This document shows positions 47,832-57,391 of a DNA stretch of 64,000 nucleotides, piece after piece (the stretch's first letter is position 1; each line of letters begins with the position of its first letter). A model generated the notes under the pieces. The model searched no databases and had not been told where the DNA came from. It saw only the letters and a program-made list of their open reading frames with translations. Source of the DNA: Ramlibacter sp. (lineage in GTDB: Bacteria > Pseudomonadota > Gammaproteobacteria > Burkholderiales > Burkholderiaceae_C); NCBI RefSeq assembly GCF_035627355.1, contig NZ_DASPLW010000040.1, positions 20,712-84,711 on the forward strand, written 5' to 3'. The translations under genes were made by a program, and so were the position numbers.

Positions 47832-47842
47832 TCCCACCCACG

Positions 47843-47869
47843 CGCCATGCCGGGCAGCCCCCGGCATGG
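47843..47869 (+). promoter_or_regulatory. Intercistronic 11-bp perfect stem-loop after the TRAP binding-protein gene
   Basis: gccatgccggg-cagcc-cccggcatggc, between the SBP stop (47831) and the small-permease start (47882). Confidence 0.5.
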
Positions 47870-47881
47870 CCGGGAGCCCCT

Positions 47882-48430
47882 ATGAGCGAATTCCTCTCCG
47901 CGGTCGAGCGTGGCTGCGCCTGGTTCGGCCGCGTGGCCGCCTGGACCGTTCCCGTGCTCGTGGTCAGCGTCTGCATCAGCATCCTGCTGGTGCAGTTGCG
48001 CGCCAACGTGCTGTTCGAATGGGGAACGGCCGTGCCGCTGTTCGGCAGCGGCCTGACCGCAGGCGGATTGACCGACCTGCAGTGGCACCTGTTCGCCGTG
48101 ATGGTGATGCTGGGCGGCGCCTACACGCTGTGCGAGAACGGCCACGTCTGCGTGGATTTCCTGTCCAGCCGCTTCACGCCTCGCACGCGACAGGCCGTCA
48201 CCCTGTTCGGCGACCTGCTGCTGTTGCTGCCCTTCGCGCTGGTGATGACGTGGTTCTCCTGGGAGTACACGGTGTCGGCCTGGACATCGAACGAAGGTTC
48301 CTCCTATGGCGGCCTGAACCAGCGCTGGATCATCAAGGCCGTGATGCCGATGGGCTTCGGCCTCCTGGCGGCGTTCGGCCTGGCGCGCGCGCTGCGCACG
48401 GCCAGCTCGCTGCTGCGCCGGGGGAGTTGA
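47882..48430 (+). CDS. TRAP transporter small permease
   Basis: 182 aa, four TM helices. Located between the SBP and the large permease. Confidence 0.85.
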   Translation: MSEFLSAVERGCAWFGRVAAWTVPVLVVSVCISILLVQLRANVLFEWGTAVPLFGSGLTAGGLTDLQWHLFAVMVMLGGAYTLCENGHVCVDFLSSRFTPRTRQAVTLFGDLLLLLPFALVMTWFSWEYTVSAWTSNEGSSYGGLNQRWIIKAVMPMGFGLLAAFGLARALRTASSLLRRGS

Positions 48431-48434
48431 GACG

Positions 48435-49781
48435 ATGGCCTATGCCGGCCCCCTGGCCATGTGCAGCGCGCTGCTGCTGGGCATCTTCACCGGTTACCCG
48501 GTGGCCTTCGTGCTCGCCGGCGTCGGCGTACTGGCCGCGTTCGCCGCCGATGTGCCGCTGCTGTTCCTGTCCACCGGTGTGTCCCGCACCTTCTCGGGCA
48601 TCCTGAGCAACTGGCTGCTGATCGCCGTGCCGCTGTTCGTCTTCATGGGGCTGATGCTGGAGAAGTCCGGCATCGCGCAGCGGCTGCTGCGGTCGCTGGC
48701 CGGCATCATGGGGAGCAAGCCCGGCGGCTATGCGTTCGCGGTGACCATCATCGGCATCGTGATGGCGGCCTCCACGGGCATCATCGGCGCGTCCGTGGTG
48801 CTGATGGGCGTGCTGGCGCTGCCGGCCATGCGGCGCAGCGGCTACGACCTGCGCTTGTCCACCGGCATCATCGCCGCCACCGGCACGCTCGGGATCCTGA
48901 TTCCTCCCAGCATCATGCTGGTGGTGCTGGGCGACACGATGCGCATCTCGGTGGGCGACCTGTTCGCCGGCGCGCTGGTCCCCGGGCTGCTGCTCGGCGG
49001 CCTGTACCTGCTGTACCTGGTGGGGATCGCGATCTTCCGGCCGCAGATGATGCCCGGGCTGCCGGCCGGCGAACACCTGCCGATCGCGCAGTTGGCCTGG
49101 CAGCTGGCGCGGGACCTGGTCGCCCCGCTCGTTCTGATCCTGCTGGTGCTGGGCAGCATCATCGCGGGCATCGCGACACCGACCGAAGCCGCGGCGCTCG
49201 GCGCTGCGGGGGCGTTCGCGCTGGCGATGATGTCACGCCAGCTCACTTGGGCCATCTTCAGCGACACCCTGCGCGAGACGACCCGGACCACGGCCATGAT
49301 CATGTTCGTCATGATCGGCGCCACGGTCTTCAGCGTGATCTTCCGCAAGCTCGGTGGCGACGTGATGATCGAGGACCTGCTGGGCGTCTCCTCCGGCACG
49401 GCGTCGCCCTACCAGGTGCTGGCCGCGATCATGCTGTTCGTGTTCGTGCTCGGCATGTTCCTGGACTGGGTGGAGATCACGTTCATCGTGATCCCGATCG
49501 TCGCGCCGATCATCGCCGGCCTCGACTTCGGCATGCCCAAGGAGCACGTGCTGATCTGGTTCGCGATCCTGTTCGCCGTCAACCTGCAGACGTCCTTCCT
49601 GACGCCGCCGTTCGGCTACGCGTTGTTCTACATCCGCGGCATCACGCCGCCGGAGATCAGCACGCGAACCATCTACCTGGGCATCGTGCCCTTCGTGATC
49701 CTGCAGGCGGCGGGCCTGCTGCTGACCATCTGGTTCCCGCAACTGGTGCTCTGGCTGCCTGGGGTGTTGCTGGGGACCTGA
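48435..49781 (+). CDS. TRAP transporter large permease
   Basis: 448 aa polytopic DctM-like protein. Confidence 0.9.
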   Translation: MAYAGPLAMCSALLLGIFTGYPVAFVLAGVGVLAAFAADVPLLFLSTGVSRTFSGILSNWLLIAVPLFVFMGLMLEKSGIAQRLLRSLAGIMGSKPGGYAFAVTIIGIVMAASTGIIGASVVLMGVLALPAMRRSGYDLRLSTGIIAATGTLGILIPPSIMLVVLGDTMRISVGDLFAGALVPGLLLGGLYLLYLVGIAIFRPQMMPGLPAGEHLPIAQLAWQLARDLVAPLVLILLVLGSIIAGIATPTEAAALGAAGAFALAMMSRQLTWAIFSDTLRETTRTTAMIMFVMIGATVFSVIFRKLGGDVMIEDLLGVSSGTASPYQVLAAIMLFVFVLGMFLDWVEITFIVIPIVAPIIAGLDFGMPKEHVLIWFAILFAVNLQTSFLTPPFGYALFYIRGITPPEISTRTIYLGIVPFVILQAAGLLLTIWFPQLVLWLPGVLLGT

Positions 49782-49822
49782 CCTTCGGGTCACGCACGTC
49801 GTGTTGAGGCCGCGTGCGATCA

Positions 49823-50431
49823 CTACGGGCGTTCGAACCTCTTGCGAGCCTCTTCCACCTGCGCCCTGGTCACGCAGCCATCCGCATGGTCGTTCACCAG
49901 CCCCATCGCCTGGATGAAGGCATGCATGGTGGTCGGGCCGACGAATTTCCAGCCCCGCTTTTTCAGGTCTCGGGACAGGTCCCGCGAAGCCCGCGAGACC
50001 GACACGGAGCGATGCGCGTCGAGTTCATGCGCAGCGGGCTCGAAGCGCCAGAAATACGCGGCCAGCGTGCCTGCCTCCTGGACCAGCTCGCACGCACGCT
50101 GCGCATTGTTGATCACCGCTTCGATCTTCCCGCGGTGGCGCACGATTCCTGCATCGGCAAGCAGGTGCGCGACGTCCTTTTCGTCGAAGCGCGCGACCTC
50201 GCGGAAATCGAATCCCTTGAACGCCGCGCGAAAGTTCTCGCGTTTGTCGAGGATCGTCCGCCAGCTCAACCCCGACTGGAATCCCTCGAGGCTGACTTTC
50301 TCGAACAGCCGACGGTCATCGGCCACGGGGAATCCCCACTCGCGATCGTGGTAGGCGACGTAGTCGGGTGGTGCGCCGGCGCACCAGCTGCAACGGGGAA
50401 GTCCGTCCGGACCGGGAACCGTGGTGCTCAT
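49823..50431 (-). CDS. tag: DNA-3-methyladenine glycosylase I
   Basis: RCSWC...YHDREWGFPV.DDR.LFE...LEGFQSGLSW.TIL.KR..FR.AF. Confidence 0.9.
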   Translation of the reverse strand: MSTTVPGPDGLPRCSWCAGAPPDYVAYHDREWGFPVADDRRLFEKVSLEGFQSGLSWRTILDKRENFRAAFKGFDFREVARFDEKDVAHLLADAGIVRHRGKIEAVINNAQRACELVQEAGTLAAYFWRFEPAAHELDAHRSVSVSRASRDLSRDLKKRGWKFVGPTTMHAFIQAMGLVNDHADGCVTRAQVEEARKRFERP

Positions 50432-50459
50432 GCCGGGATGATGCCGCCGGATCCAGCGC

Positions 50460-51260
50460 TCAGTACTTTCGCCGGCCGAGTCGTTGACTGGCCCTGGAAA
50501 TGGCGTAGTTCACGCAGCAGTACAGTACCGCGACCGCCAGGTACACGGGGACGAGCGAGCGGTAGTTGGCGATCAGCACCTTGGCGTTCTGCATCAGTTC
50601 GCCGTACGTGACGACGTAGCCGAAGGTGGTGTCCTTGGCCACGATGACCAGCTGGGCCACCAGTGCCGGGACGATGTAGCGCAGCGCCTGGGGAAAGACG
50701 ACATGGGCGAAGACCCGTGCCTCATTGAAGCCCAGGGCCCGCGCCGCGTCCGTCTGCCCTCGGGGAACGGCGAGCACGCCGGCGCGGTACACCTCGGCGA
50801 CCACGGCGGCGGTGCTGAGTCCCACGGGCAAGGTCAGCATCCAGTAGGCACTCATCCGGATCCCGACCGACGGGAGCACCAGGAAGCACACGTAGATGAG
50901 CAGCAGGGCCGGCACGCCGCGCAGGAATTCGATGAACGCGACGGCCGGCCAGCGCACGAGCCGCAGCCGCGACAGGCGACCCAGCATCAGCACCAGCCCG
51001 AAGACCAGCGCGATCACGGCCGCCGCCGCCGCCGACTTGAGTGTGCCGAGCAGGCCCTGCGCCAGGAAGGACCAGGTGGTCTTCCAGGCGAAGAATTCCC
51101 ACAGCCGCCCTTCGAACTGGCCCGCGGCATGGAAGCCGTACACGACACCGGCGAGCAGCACCAGGAGCATCGCCGCGACGGCCACGCTCGCGGCCCGGGT
51201 GACGGCCTGCGCCCTGGGGCCCAGGTCGCCGTAGAGGACGTCTTCCAGGGCGCGGCTCAT
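50460..51260 (-). CDS. Amino acid ABC transporter permease (GluD-like)
   Basis: ATGA overlap with the upstream permease. EAA-loop region AARALGFNEARVFAHVVFPQALR. Confidence 0.85.
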   Translation of the reverse strand: MSRALEDVLYGDLGPRAQAVTRAASVAVAAMLLVLLAGVVYGFHAAGQFEGRLWEFFAWKTTWSFLAQGLLGTLKSAAAAAVIALVFGLVLMLGRLSRLRLVRWPAVAFIEFLRGVPALLLIYVCFLVLPSVGIRMSAYWMLTLPVGLSTAAVVAEVYRAGVLAVPRGQTDAARALGFNEARVFAHVVFPQALRYIVPALVAQLVIVAKDTTFGYVVTYGELMQNAKVLIANYRSLVPVYLAVAVLYCCVNYAISRASQRLGRRKY

Positions 51261-51919
51261 CGCAGGATCCGCATCTTCCTGTCCAGTGCGGCGCCCGCCC
51301 AGGCGATGAGCAGGCCCGACGCCAGGTACATCGCGGCAGCGACGGCGAACGCCGCGATCCCGGCGGCGGAGTCGTTGGCGATCCGGGCCACCAGCGCCGT
51401 GAGTTCCCGCTCCGGGACGGGCACCTGGGACGCCAGGGACGTCGACAGCATCAGCGCAATGAGCAGCGAGGTCAGGGGCTGGACGACCGAGCGCAGCGCC
51501 TGTGGCAACACGATCGAGGCGATGACGGTCAGCGGACGCATGCCCAGGCTGCGGGCGGCCTCGACCTGGCCGACACCGACGGTGTTGATGCCCGTGCGCA
51601 GGTAGTCCGCCGTGAAGGCGGAGCACACCAGGGCCAGGGTCAGGATCACGCTAGGCTCGTAGTCGATGACGACCTGCAGATCGGGCAGTGCGAACACGAT
51701 GAAGATCAGCAGCGCGACCGCGGGGATGTTGCGGAAGACCTCGACGTAGCCGGTCAGCACGAAACGAAGCGGCCGCAGCGGCAGGAGCCGGGCCACGGCC
51801 ACGACGACGCCCAAGGCGAAGCCGGCCACGAACGACAGGATCGTGAGCTTCCAGGTCAGAAAAAGGGCCTGCCCGAAGGCAGGCCCGTAGTCGGCCAGCA
51901 GCCGCAGCACACTGTCCAT
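51257..51919 (-). CDS. Amino acid ABC transporter permease (GluC-like)
   Basis: 220 aa. AARSLGMRPLTVIASIVLPQALR. Confidence 0.85.
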   Translation of the reverse strand: MDSVLRLLADYGPAFGQALFLTWKLTILSFVAGFALGVVVAVARLLPLRPLRFVLTGYVEVFRNIPAVALLIFIVFALPDLQVVIDYEPSVILTLALVCSAFTADYLRTGINTVGVGQVEAARSLGMRPLTVIASIVLPQALRSVVQPLTSLLIALMLSTSLASQVPVPERELTALVARIANDSAAGIAAFAVAAAMYLASGLLIAWAGAALDRKMRILR

Positions 51920-51922
51920 GGA

Positions 51923-52825
51923 TCAGGGAATCGGCGGCGGCGTCGGGACGTTGGTGCTGCCGGTGCGCTGCCCGATGGACACCGTCCACAGCCGGGCCCA
52001 GGTGCCATCGGCTTCGATCTTCTTCAGGAAGGCATTGACGAAGGCCACGCCGTCCGAGCCCTTGGGCAGCCCGATCCCGTACGGGTCTTGCGGACCGAAG
52101 GGTGCGCCGGCCAGCTTCGCCTCGCCGCTGCCCTGGCTCAGGACATTGAGCAGCAGCGTGTAGTCGGTCACGTAGGCGTCCACGCGTCCCTGGCGCAGGG
52201 CGTCGACGGCTTCCTGGTGCGTCTGGAACTCCTGCACGACGGCCTTGGGTGCGAATTGCGCAAGGATCGCGGGCCCCGTCGATCCCGCCTGGGTAGCGGC
52301 CTTCTTCCCGGCGAGATCCTGGTAGGACTGGATCGCCTTGTTGTTCGACCTCACCAGCACCCCCGCCTGCGAGGTGTAGTAGGGACCGGCGAAGGAAATC
52401 TTCTCCGCCCGGGCCGGGGTGATGGAATAGGTGGCCAGCACCACGTCCACCTGGTCGTTGATGAGGACCTGCTCGCGCGTGGACGAGGTGACCTGCGTGA
52501 ACTTGTACCTGGACCCATCGCCCAGGATGTAGCGCGTGAGGAGCTGGGCCAGGCCCGCATCGAATCCGCGAATCTTGCCGTCCTTCTCGTTGAGCAGCGA
52601 GAAGAGGTTCGACGTCTGGGTGCCGCCCAGGCGCAGCGTGCCGGCCTGCTTGATCCTGCTGGCCCACTGGCTGGACGCGATCGTCGCGGCGTCGGCGACG
52701 GGCCCCTTGGCGACGAGCGAGTCGAACGCTGCCGCATCGATGGGTGTGCCTTGTGCGAAAACCGGCGCACCGGTCGCAACTGCAAATGCGACGACGGTGG
52801 CCTTCAGGACGGATGGGATCGACAT
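51923..52825 (-). CDS. Amino acid (glutamate-type) ABC transporter substrate-binding protein
   Basis: Signal peptide MSIPSVLKATVVAFAVATGAPVFAQG. Family-3 SBP body. Confidence 0.85.
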   Translation of the reverse strand: MSIPSVLKATVVAFAVATGAPVFAQGTPIDAAAFDSLVAKGPVADAATIASSQWASRIKQAGTLRLGGTQTSNLFSLLNEKDGKIRGFDAGLAQLLTRYILGDGSRYKFTQVTSSTREQVLINDQVDVVLATYSITPARAEKISFAGPYYTSQAGVLVRSNNKAIQSYQDLAGKKAATQAGSTGPAILAQFAPKAVVQEFQTHQEAVDALRQGRVDAYVTDYTLLLNVLSQGSGEAKLAGAPFGPQDPYGIGLPKGSDGVAFVNAFLKKIEADGTWARLWTVSIGQRTGSTNVPTPPPIP

Positions 52826-53000
52826 GGATTCTCTCGGTTGGCGTGTATCGCCAGCGAATGTATAGCAGTCCGCGCGAGCGGGCGCGGGTCCGCGAACGGC
52901 CGGGTTACGGAGTGCCCCGGGGCAGGTGGGCCGGGTTCGCGATTTCCCGCAAGCGCGCACGACCGGCTCCCCGCAGAATGGCGCCGCAGGAGGGAGCCGC

Positions 53001-54305
53001 TTGATCGCCAGACTCGCAGCACGCCTGCCGTTCTTCTACGGCTGGCTCGTCGTCGGCGTCGTCTTCGTGACGATGGCCCTGTGCGTGAATGCCCGCACGG
53101 CCTTTTCGCTGCTCTTCCCGCCCATCCTCGACGAGTTCGGCTGGGAGCGCGGCGTGACGGCCGGCGCCTTCTCGTTCGGCTTCATCGTTTCGGCCGTGCT
53201 GAGTCCGCTGCTCGGGAAGCTGATGGACCGGCGCGGGCCGCGCTTCGTGATGGAGATCGGCATCGCCGCCACGGCCGCGGGCCTGCTGCTTGCGACCTTC
53301 TCGAGCGAGCCCTGGCATGTGTACGTCACGCTCGGGATGCTGGTGGGGGCGGGAACGACCTTCACCGGCTACACCGGCCAGGCACTCTTCCTGCCCAACT
53401 GGTTCGTCCGCCGTCGCGGGCTGGCGCTCAGCGTCGCCTTCGCCGGCGTGGGCTTCGGCTCGATCGTCATGCTCCCGGCGCTGCAGGCCTTCGTGGAGCG
53501 AAGCGGCTGGCGCGCGGGTTGCACGCTCCTGGGCGTGCTGGTGCTCGTGGTCCTGGTGCCGCTGAACCTGCTGCTGCGGCGCCGGCCCGAGGACATCGGC
53601 CTGGCCCCCGATGGCGACCCCGATACGCCCGCCGCCGCGCAGGCCCGCCGCGTGAACGTGGTCGACCCCGCCTGGGCGGCCATCGACTGGACGCTCCCGC
53701 GCGCGATGCGCACGGCCCGGTTCTGGTGGATCGCGGTGGCGTACTTCGCGGCGCTCTTCGCCTGGTACGCGGTGCAGGTGCACCAGACCCAGTACCTGGT
53801 CGAGACCGGCTTCGGCCCGCAGGAAGCGGCATGGGCGCTGGGCGCCGTGAGCCTGGCCGGCGTGCCGGGCCAGATCGCGCTGGGTTGGCTCTCCGACCGC
53901 ATCGGCCGGGAGATCGTGTGGGCGATCGGCAACCTGGGATTCTTCCTCACCTACGTGGCGCTGCTCGTGCTGCCCGCGTACCCGAACGTCGCACTGCTGT
54001 ACGCCATGGTGATCGCGCAAGGCGCGCTCGGCTACGGCATGACGTCCGTGGTCGGCGCCATCCCCGCCGAGATCTTCGAGAGCAGGCACTACGGCCCCAT
54101 CTTCGGCACCCTGATGCTCAGCGCCCTGGCCGGCGGCGCGATGGGCCCCTGGTTCATGGGCTTCGTGCACGACCGCACCGGCAGCTATGCGCTGGGGTTC
54201 TGGGTGGCCATCGGCTGCACGCTGCTGTCGGCCTTCGCGATCTGGCGGGCGGCGCCAAGCCGGGTGAGGGTGGTCGCGGGCAGGGTGCGCGCGGTCCGCG
54301 CGTGA
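53001..54305 (+). CDS. MFS transporter
   Basis: TTG at 53001, with GGAGGGA upstream. 12 TM helices. The MDRRGPR loop motif lies between TM2 and TM3. Track start at 52926 is an alternative. Confidence 0.85.
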   Translation: MIARLAARLPFFYGWLVVGVVFVTMALCVNARTAFSLLFPPILDEFGWERGVTAGAFSFGFIVSAVLSPLLGKLMDRRGPRFVMEIGIAATAAGLLLATFSSEPWHVYVTLGMLVGAGTTFTGYTGQALFLPNWFVRRRGLALSVAFAGVGFGSIVMLPALQAFVERSGWRAGCTLLGVLVLVVLVPLNLLLRRRPEDIGLAPDGDPDTPAAAQARRVNVVDPAWAAIDWTLPRAMRTARFWWIAVAYFAALFAWYAVQVHQTQYLVETGFGPQEAAWALGAVSLAGVPGQIALGWLSDRIGREIVWAIGNLGFFLTYVALLVLPAYPNVALLYAMVIAQGALGYGMTSVVGAIPAEIFESRHYGPIFGTLMLSALAGGAMGPWFMGFVHDRTGSYALGFWVAIGCTLLSAFAIWRAAPSRVRVVAGRVRAVRA

Positions 54306-54336
54306 CTGCCGGGATCGCGCGTTACCCAAACCCGCT

Positions 54337-55113
54337 TCAGGCCGCGTGGGTCCAGTGCCGATGGAGGATCTGCGCGATGCCGTCCAGCATGAACCCGAGC
54401 GCGCCGACCAGCACGATGACGGCCATGAGTTCCGAATAGGCGAGCCGATCGCGCGTATCCAGGATGAAATAGCCCAGGCCGGAGCTGACGCCGAGCATCT
54501 CACAGGGAACGAGCACGATCCAGATGATGCCGATCGCCACGCGGGCCCCGGTCAGGATGTGGCCGAGGATGCCCGGCAGGATGATCCTGAAAAGCACCTC
54601 GCGCCGCGTCGCGCTCAGGCTGCGCGCGAGCAGCAGCCATCTCGGGTCCAGGCTGCGCACGCCCGCCGTGGTGTTCAGGATGATCGGCCATACGGCGGCG
54701 AAGGTGAGCAGGAAATAGATCGGTGCATCGCCGATGCCGAACACCATGACGGCGATCGGCATCCACGACAAGGGCGAAATCATGCGCAGGAACTGGAACG
54801 CGCTGCTCGTGCTGTTTTCCAGCGCGCGCGATGTGCCCACCGCCAGGCCGATGGGGATGCCCAGGACGAGCGCGAGCGAAAGGCCCACCAGCACGCGCTT
54901 CAGGCTGGTCAGCGTATGGACCGTCAGCTGGTTCTGGACCAGCAGCTCGTACAGGCTCTCGAAGGTGACGCCGGGGCTGAGCCGATCGGCGACTGGCACG
55001 CTTTCCTTGAGCCAGTACGTGCCCATGGCCCAGAGCGACACCAGCGCGACCAGTCCGATCAGGCTCAGTTCGAGCTGCTTGCCCGGGCGGTTCAGGAGAA
55101 GGCTTTTGATCAT
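54337..55113 (-). CDS. ABC transporter permease (nitrate/sulfonate/taurine NitT/TauT family)
   Basis: 258 aa. EAA-like LARSLSATRREVLFRIILPGILGHI. Confidence 0.85.
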   Translation of the reverse strand: MIKSLLLNRPGKQLELSLIGLVALVSLWAMGTYWLKESVPVADRLSPGVTFESLYELLVQNQLTVHTLTSLKRVLVGLSLALVLGIPIGLAVGTSRALENSTSSAFQFLRMISPLSWMPIAVMVFGIGDAPIYFLLTFAAVWPIILNTTAGVRSLDPRWLLLARSLSATRREVLFRIILPGILGHILTGARVAIGIIWIVLVPCEMLGVSSGLGYFILDTRDRLAYSELMAVIVLVGALGFMLDGIAQILHRHWTHAA

Positions 55114-55192
55114 GGTTGTGCCGATCGAAGATGCAGGCAGGCCGGGCAGGAGCCCCGGGCCGCATCGCGCGGGGCCAGGGTTGCGCCGCGCC

Positions 55193-56404
55193 TCAGGTCG
55201 TGATGATTTCCTTGCGGGTGAAGGTGTCGGGCAGGCCGAAGGCCGACATGCCGCCGATCCCGGCGATGGCTTTCTTCACGAAGCGGTCGTCCACCAGGTC
55301 GCGCGCGACGAAAGCCGGATCCAGCTTCTGCAGGAAATCGTTGCGGCCGGATACCAGGGTCGCCTTGAGCATCTTGATCAGCGATTCGGTATAGCTCGGG
55401 AACGGATAGGGCTGGAAGTCGATGCGCTTTTCGTTCCAGTCGGCGTGCCTGATGGCGCCGGTGGCGACGTACTCCGCGTTCTGCCTTGGCGCGGGCGCCA
55501 GCACCCGGGCCAGCGCTTCGTAGGTGTGCGGCGTGTAGCGGTGCGCGTTCTCCTTGGACAGGATACGTGCCGTCTCCTGGCGGTGGCCCTGGATCCAGGC
55601 CTGCGCCTGCACGATGCCGTTCACCACCTTCTGCGACCATTCCGGTCGCTTGTCCAGGTCGTCTTCGTGCATCAGTACGACGCAGCAGGCGTGGTCCTTC
55701 CAGACGTCGGCGGTGAATCGCAGGATCTTGCCGACCTTGAGCACTTCGGCCGCCGCATTGAACGGCTCGGCCACGATGTAGCCGCTGATCTGCTTGCTGG
55801 CCAGGGCGGGCAGCATGTCGGAGGGGGCCATGACGACCAGCCGGACCTGCTTCGGGCCGGGCGTGCCCTCGCCGATGCCTTCGATGCCTTCGCTTCTCAG
55901 GATGTGCTGCAGCACCACGTTGTGGATGGAGTACCAGAACGGAATGGCGACCGTCTTGCCGCCCAGGTCGCGCAGGCCGTTGATCTCAGGCAGCACCGTG
56001 AGGCTGGAGCCGGCCATGTGGTTCCACGCCACGACCTTGGCCCGCGACTGGCTGCCGTAGCGCGCCCACACCGTCATGGGCGAGAGCAGGTGCACGGCAT
56101 TCACCTGGCCGCTGATGAAGGCCTCGACCAGCTGCGCCCAGCTGCGGAACAGCCGGGGCTTCTCGACTTCGAGGCCCTGTTCCTGGAACAGCTTGTTGTG
56201 GTGCGCGACCAGCAGTGCCGTGGCGTCGGTGATCGGCAGGTAGCCGATACGCAGCGGCGCGTCAGGCTCGGCGGCCATGGCGCTGCTGTGCCGTTGCAGC
56301 AGCGGCAGCGCGCCCGCGGCGGTGAACATCGTCGACAGCTTGAGGAACTGGCGACGGGCCTCCAGCGTGGCCTGGGGAATCGTCGATTCTTCGTGTTCTT
56401 TCAT
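55193..56404 (-). CDS. ABC transporter substrate-binding protein (NMT1/THI5-like) with a twin-arginine signal
   Basis: The N-terminus contains ARRQFLK followed by a hydrophobic stretch and AMA. NMT1-like body. Confidence 0.85.
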   Translation of the reverse strand: MKEHEESTIPQATLEARRQFLKLSTMFTAAGALPLLQRHSSAMAAEPDAPLRIGYLPITDATALLVAHHNKLFQEQGLEVEKPRLFRSWAQLVEAFISGQVNAVHLLSPMTVWARYGSQSRAKVVAWNHMAGSSLTVLPEINGLRDLGGKTVAIPFWYSIHNVVLQHILRSEGIEGIGEGTPGPKQVRLVVMAPSDMLPALASKQISGYIVAEPFNAAAEVLKVGKILRFTADVWKDHACCVVLMHEDDLDKRPEWSQKVVNGIVQAQAWIQGHRQETARILSKENAHRYTPHTYEALARVLAPAPRQNAEYVATGAIRHADWNEKRIDFQPYPFPSYTESLIKMLKATLVSGRNDFLQKLDPAFVARDLVDDRFVKKAIAGIGGMSAFGLPDTFTRKEIITT

Positions 56405-56407
56405 GGG

Positions 56408-57223
56408 TCAGCTCTCCACTTGCACGGGTTGGCGGGTTGATCGACGCGTGTCGCGCAACGCTTGAAGGATTTCCACCCGCATGTGGGTGAGATCGGACAT
56501 GACCTCGTCGCGCGGACGCGGCAGGTCGATGCGCCACTGCCCGATCAGCCGGCCGGGCGCTCCGCCGATCAGCAGGATGCGATCGGCCACGATCAATGCT
56601 TCGTCGATGTCGTGCGTGACCAGCACCGCCGAAGTCTGTCGACGCGCCGTGATCTGCTGCAGCAATGCCTGCATCTCGCCGCGCGTGATCTCGTCCAGCG
56701 CGCTGAACGGCTCGTCCAGCAGCAGGATTTCAGGCTGGCGTGCCAGGCTGCGCGCGAGCGAGGCGCGCTGCGCCATGCCCCCGGACAGTTCGGCGGGATA
56801 ACGCTCGATGGCACGCAGCAGGTCCACTTCGGCAATCGCCTCGCGCACGCGTTGCTGCTGCTCGGCCCGCGCCATCTGCGGCTGGTGCTTGAAGTCCAGC
56901 CCGAACGCCACGTTCTGCTCCAGCGTCAGCCACGGCAGCAGGCAGGGACTCTGGAAGACGAAGCCCAGGCGAGGGTGTGGGTCATCCACCAACTCGCCGT
57001 GGATGCGGACTTCGCCCCGGGTGGGTCGCTGCAGGCCGGCCAACACCCGCAGCAGCGACGATTTGCCCACCCCGCTGGGGCCGAGCAGCGCCACGATCTC
57101 GCCCGCGGCCACCTGCATCGAGAACTCGCGCAGGACGATATGGGGCGACTGCTTCGGGCGCTGGTAGCCCAGCTCGATGTCCTGCGCGTTCAGCACCGCC
57201 GGTCGGTTTGCCGTTGGTGTCAT
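56408..57223 (-). CDS. ABC transporter ATP-binding protein
   Basis: Walker A GPSGVGKSS, signature LSGGMAQR, Walker B ILLLDEP. Confidence 0.9.
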   Translation of the reverse strand: MTPTANRPAVLNAQDIELGYQRPKQSPHIVLREFSMQVAAGEIVALLGPSGVGKSSLLRVLAGLQRPTRGEVRIHGELVDDPHPRLGFVFQSPCLLPWLTLEQNVAFGLDFKHQPQMARAEQQQRVREAIAEVDLLRAIERYPAELSGGMAQRASLARSLARQPEILLLDEPFSALDEITRGEMQALLQQITARRQTSAVLVTHDIDEALIVADRILLIGGAPGRLIGQWRIDLPRPRDEVMSDLTHMRVEILQALRDTRRSTRQPVQVES

Positions 57224-57226
57224 GGC

Positions 57227-57391
57227 TCAATCCGGCACCAGATGGAAGTCGGCCTTGGACACGCCGCAGTCCGGGCAAACCCAGCCATCGGGGATGGCCT
57301 CGAAAGGCGTTCCGGGCGCGATGCCCTCCTCGGGCAGGCCGGCCGCCTCGTCGTAGATGAAGCCGCACGGGCCGCACATCCACTGCGCCAT
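57227..57391 (-). CDS. Rubredoxin (54 aa; below the ORF-track size cutoff)
   Basis: Hand translation gives MAQWMCGPCGFIYDEAAGLPEEGIAPGTPFEAIPDGWVCPDCGVSKADFHLVPD. Both CxxCG knuckles and the PGT.FE..PD.W.CP.CG core are present. The start shares one nucleotide with the upstream stop (TGATG). Confidence 0.85.
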   Translation of the reverse strand: MAQWMCGPCGFIYDEAAGLPEEGIAPGTPFEAIPDGWVCPDCGVSKADFHLVPD

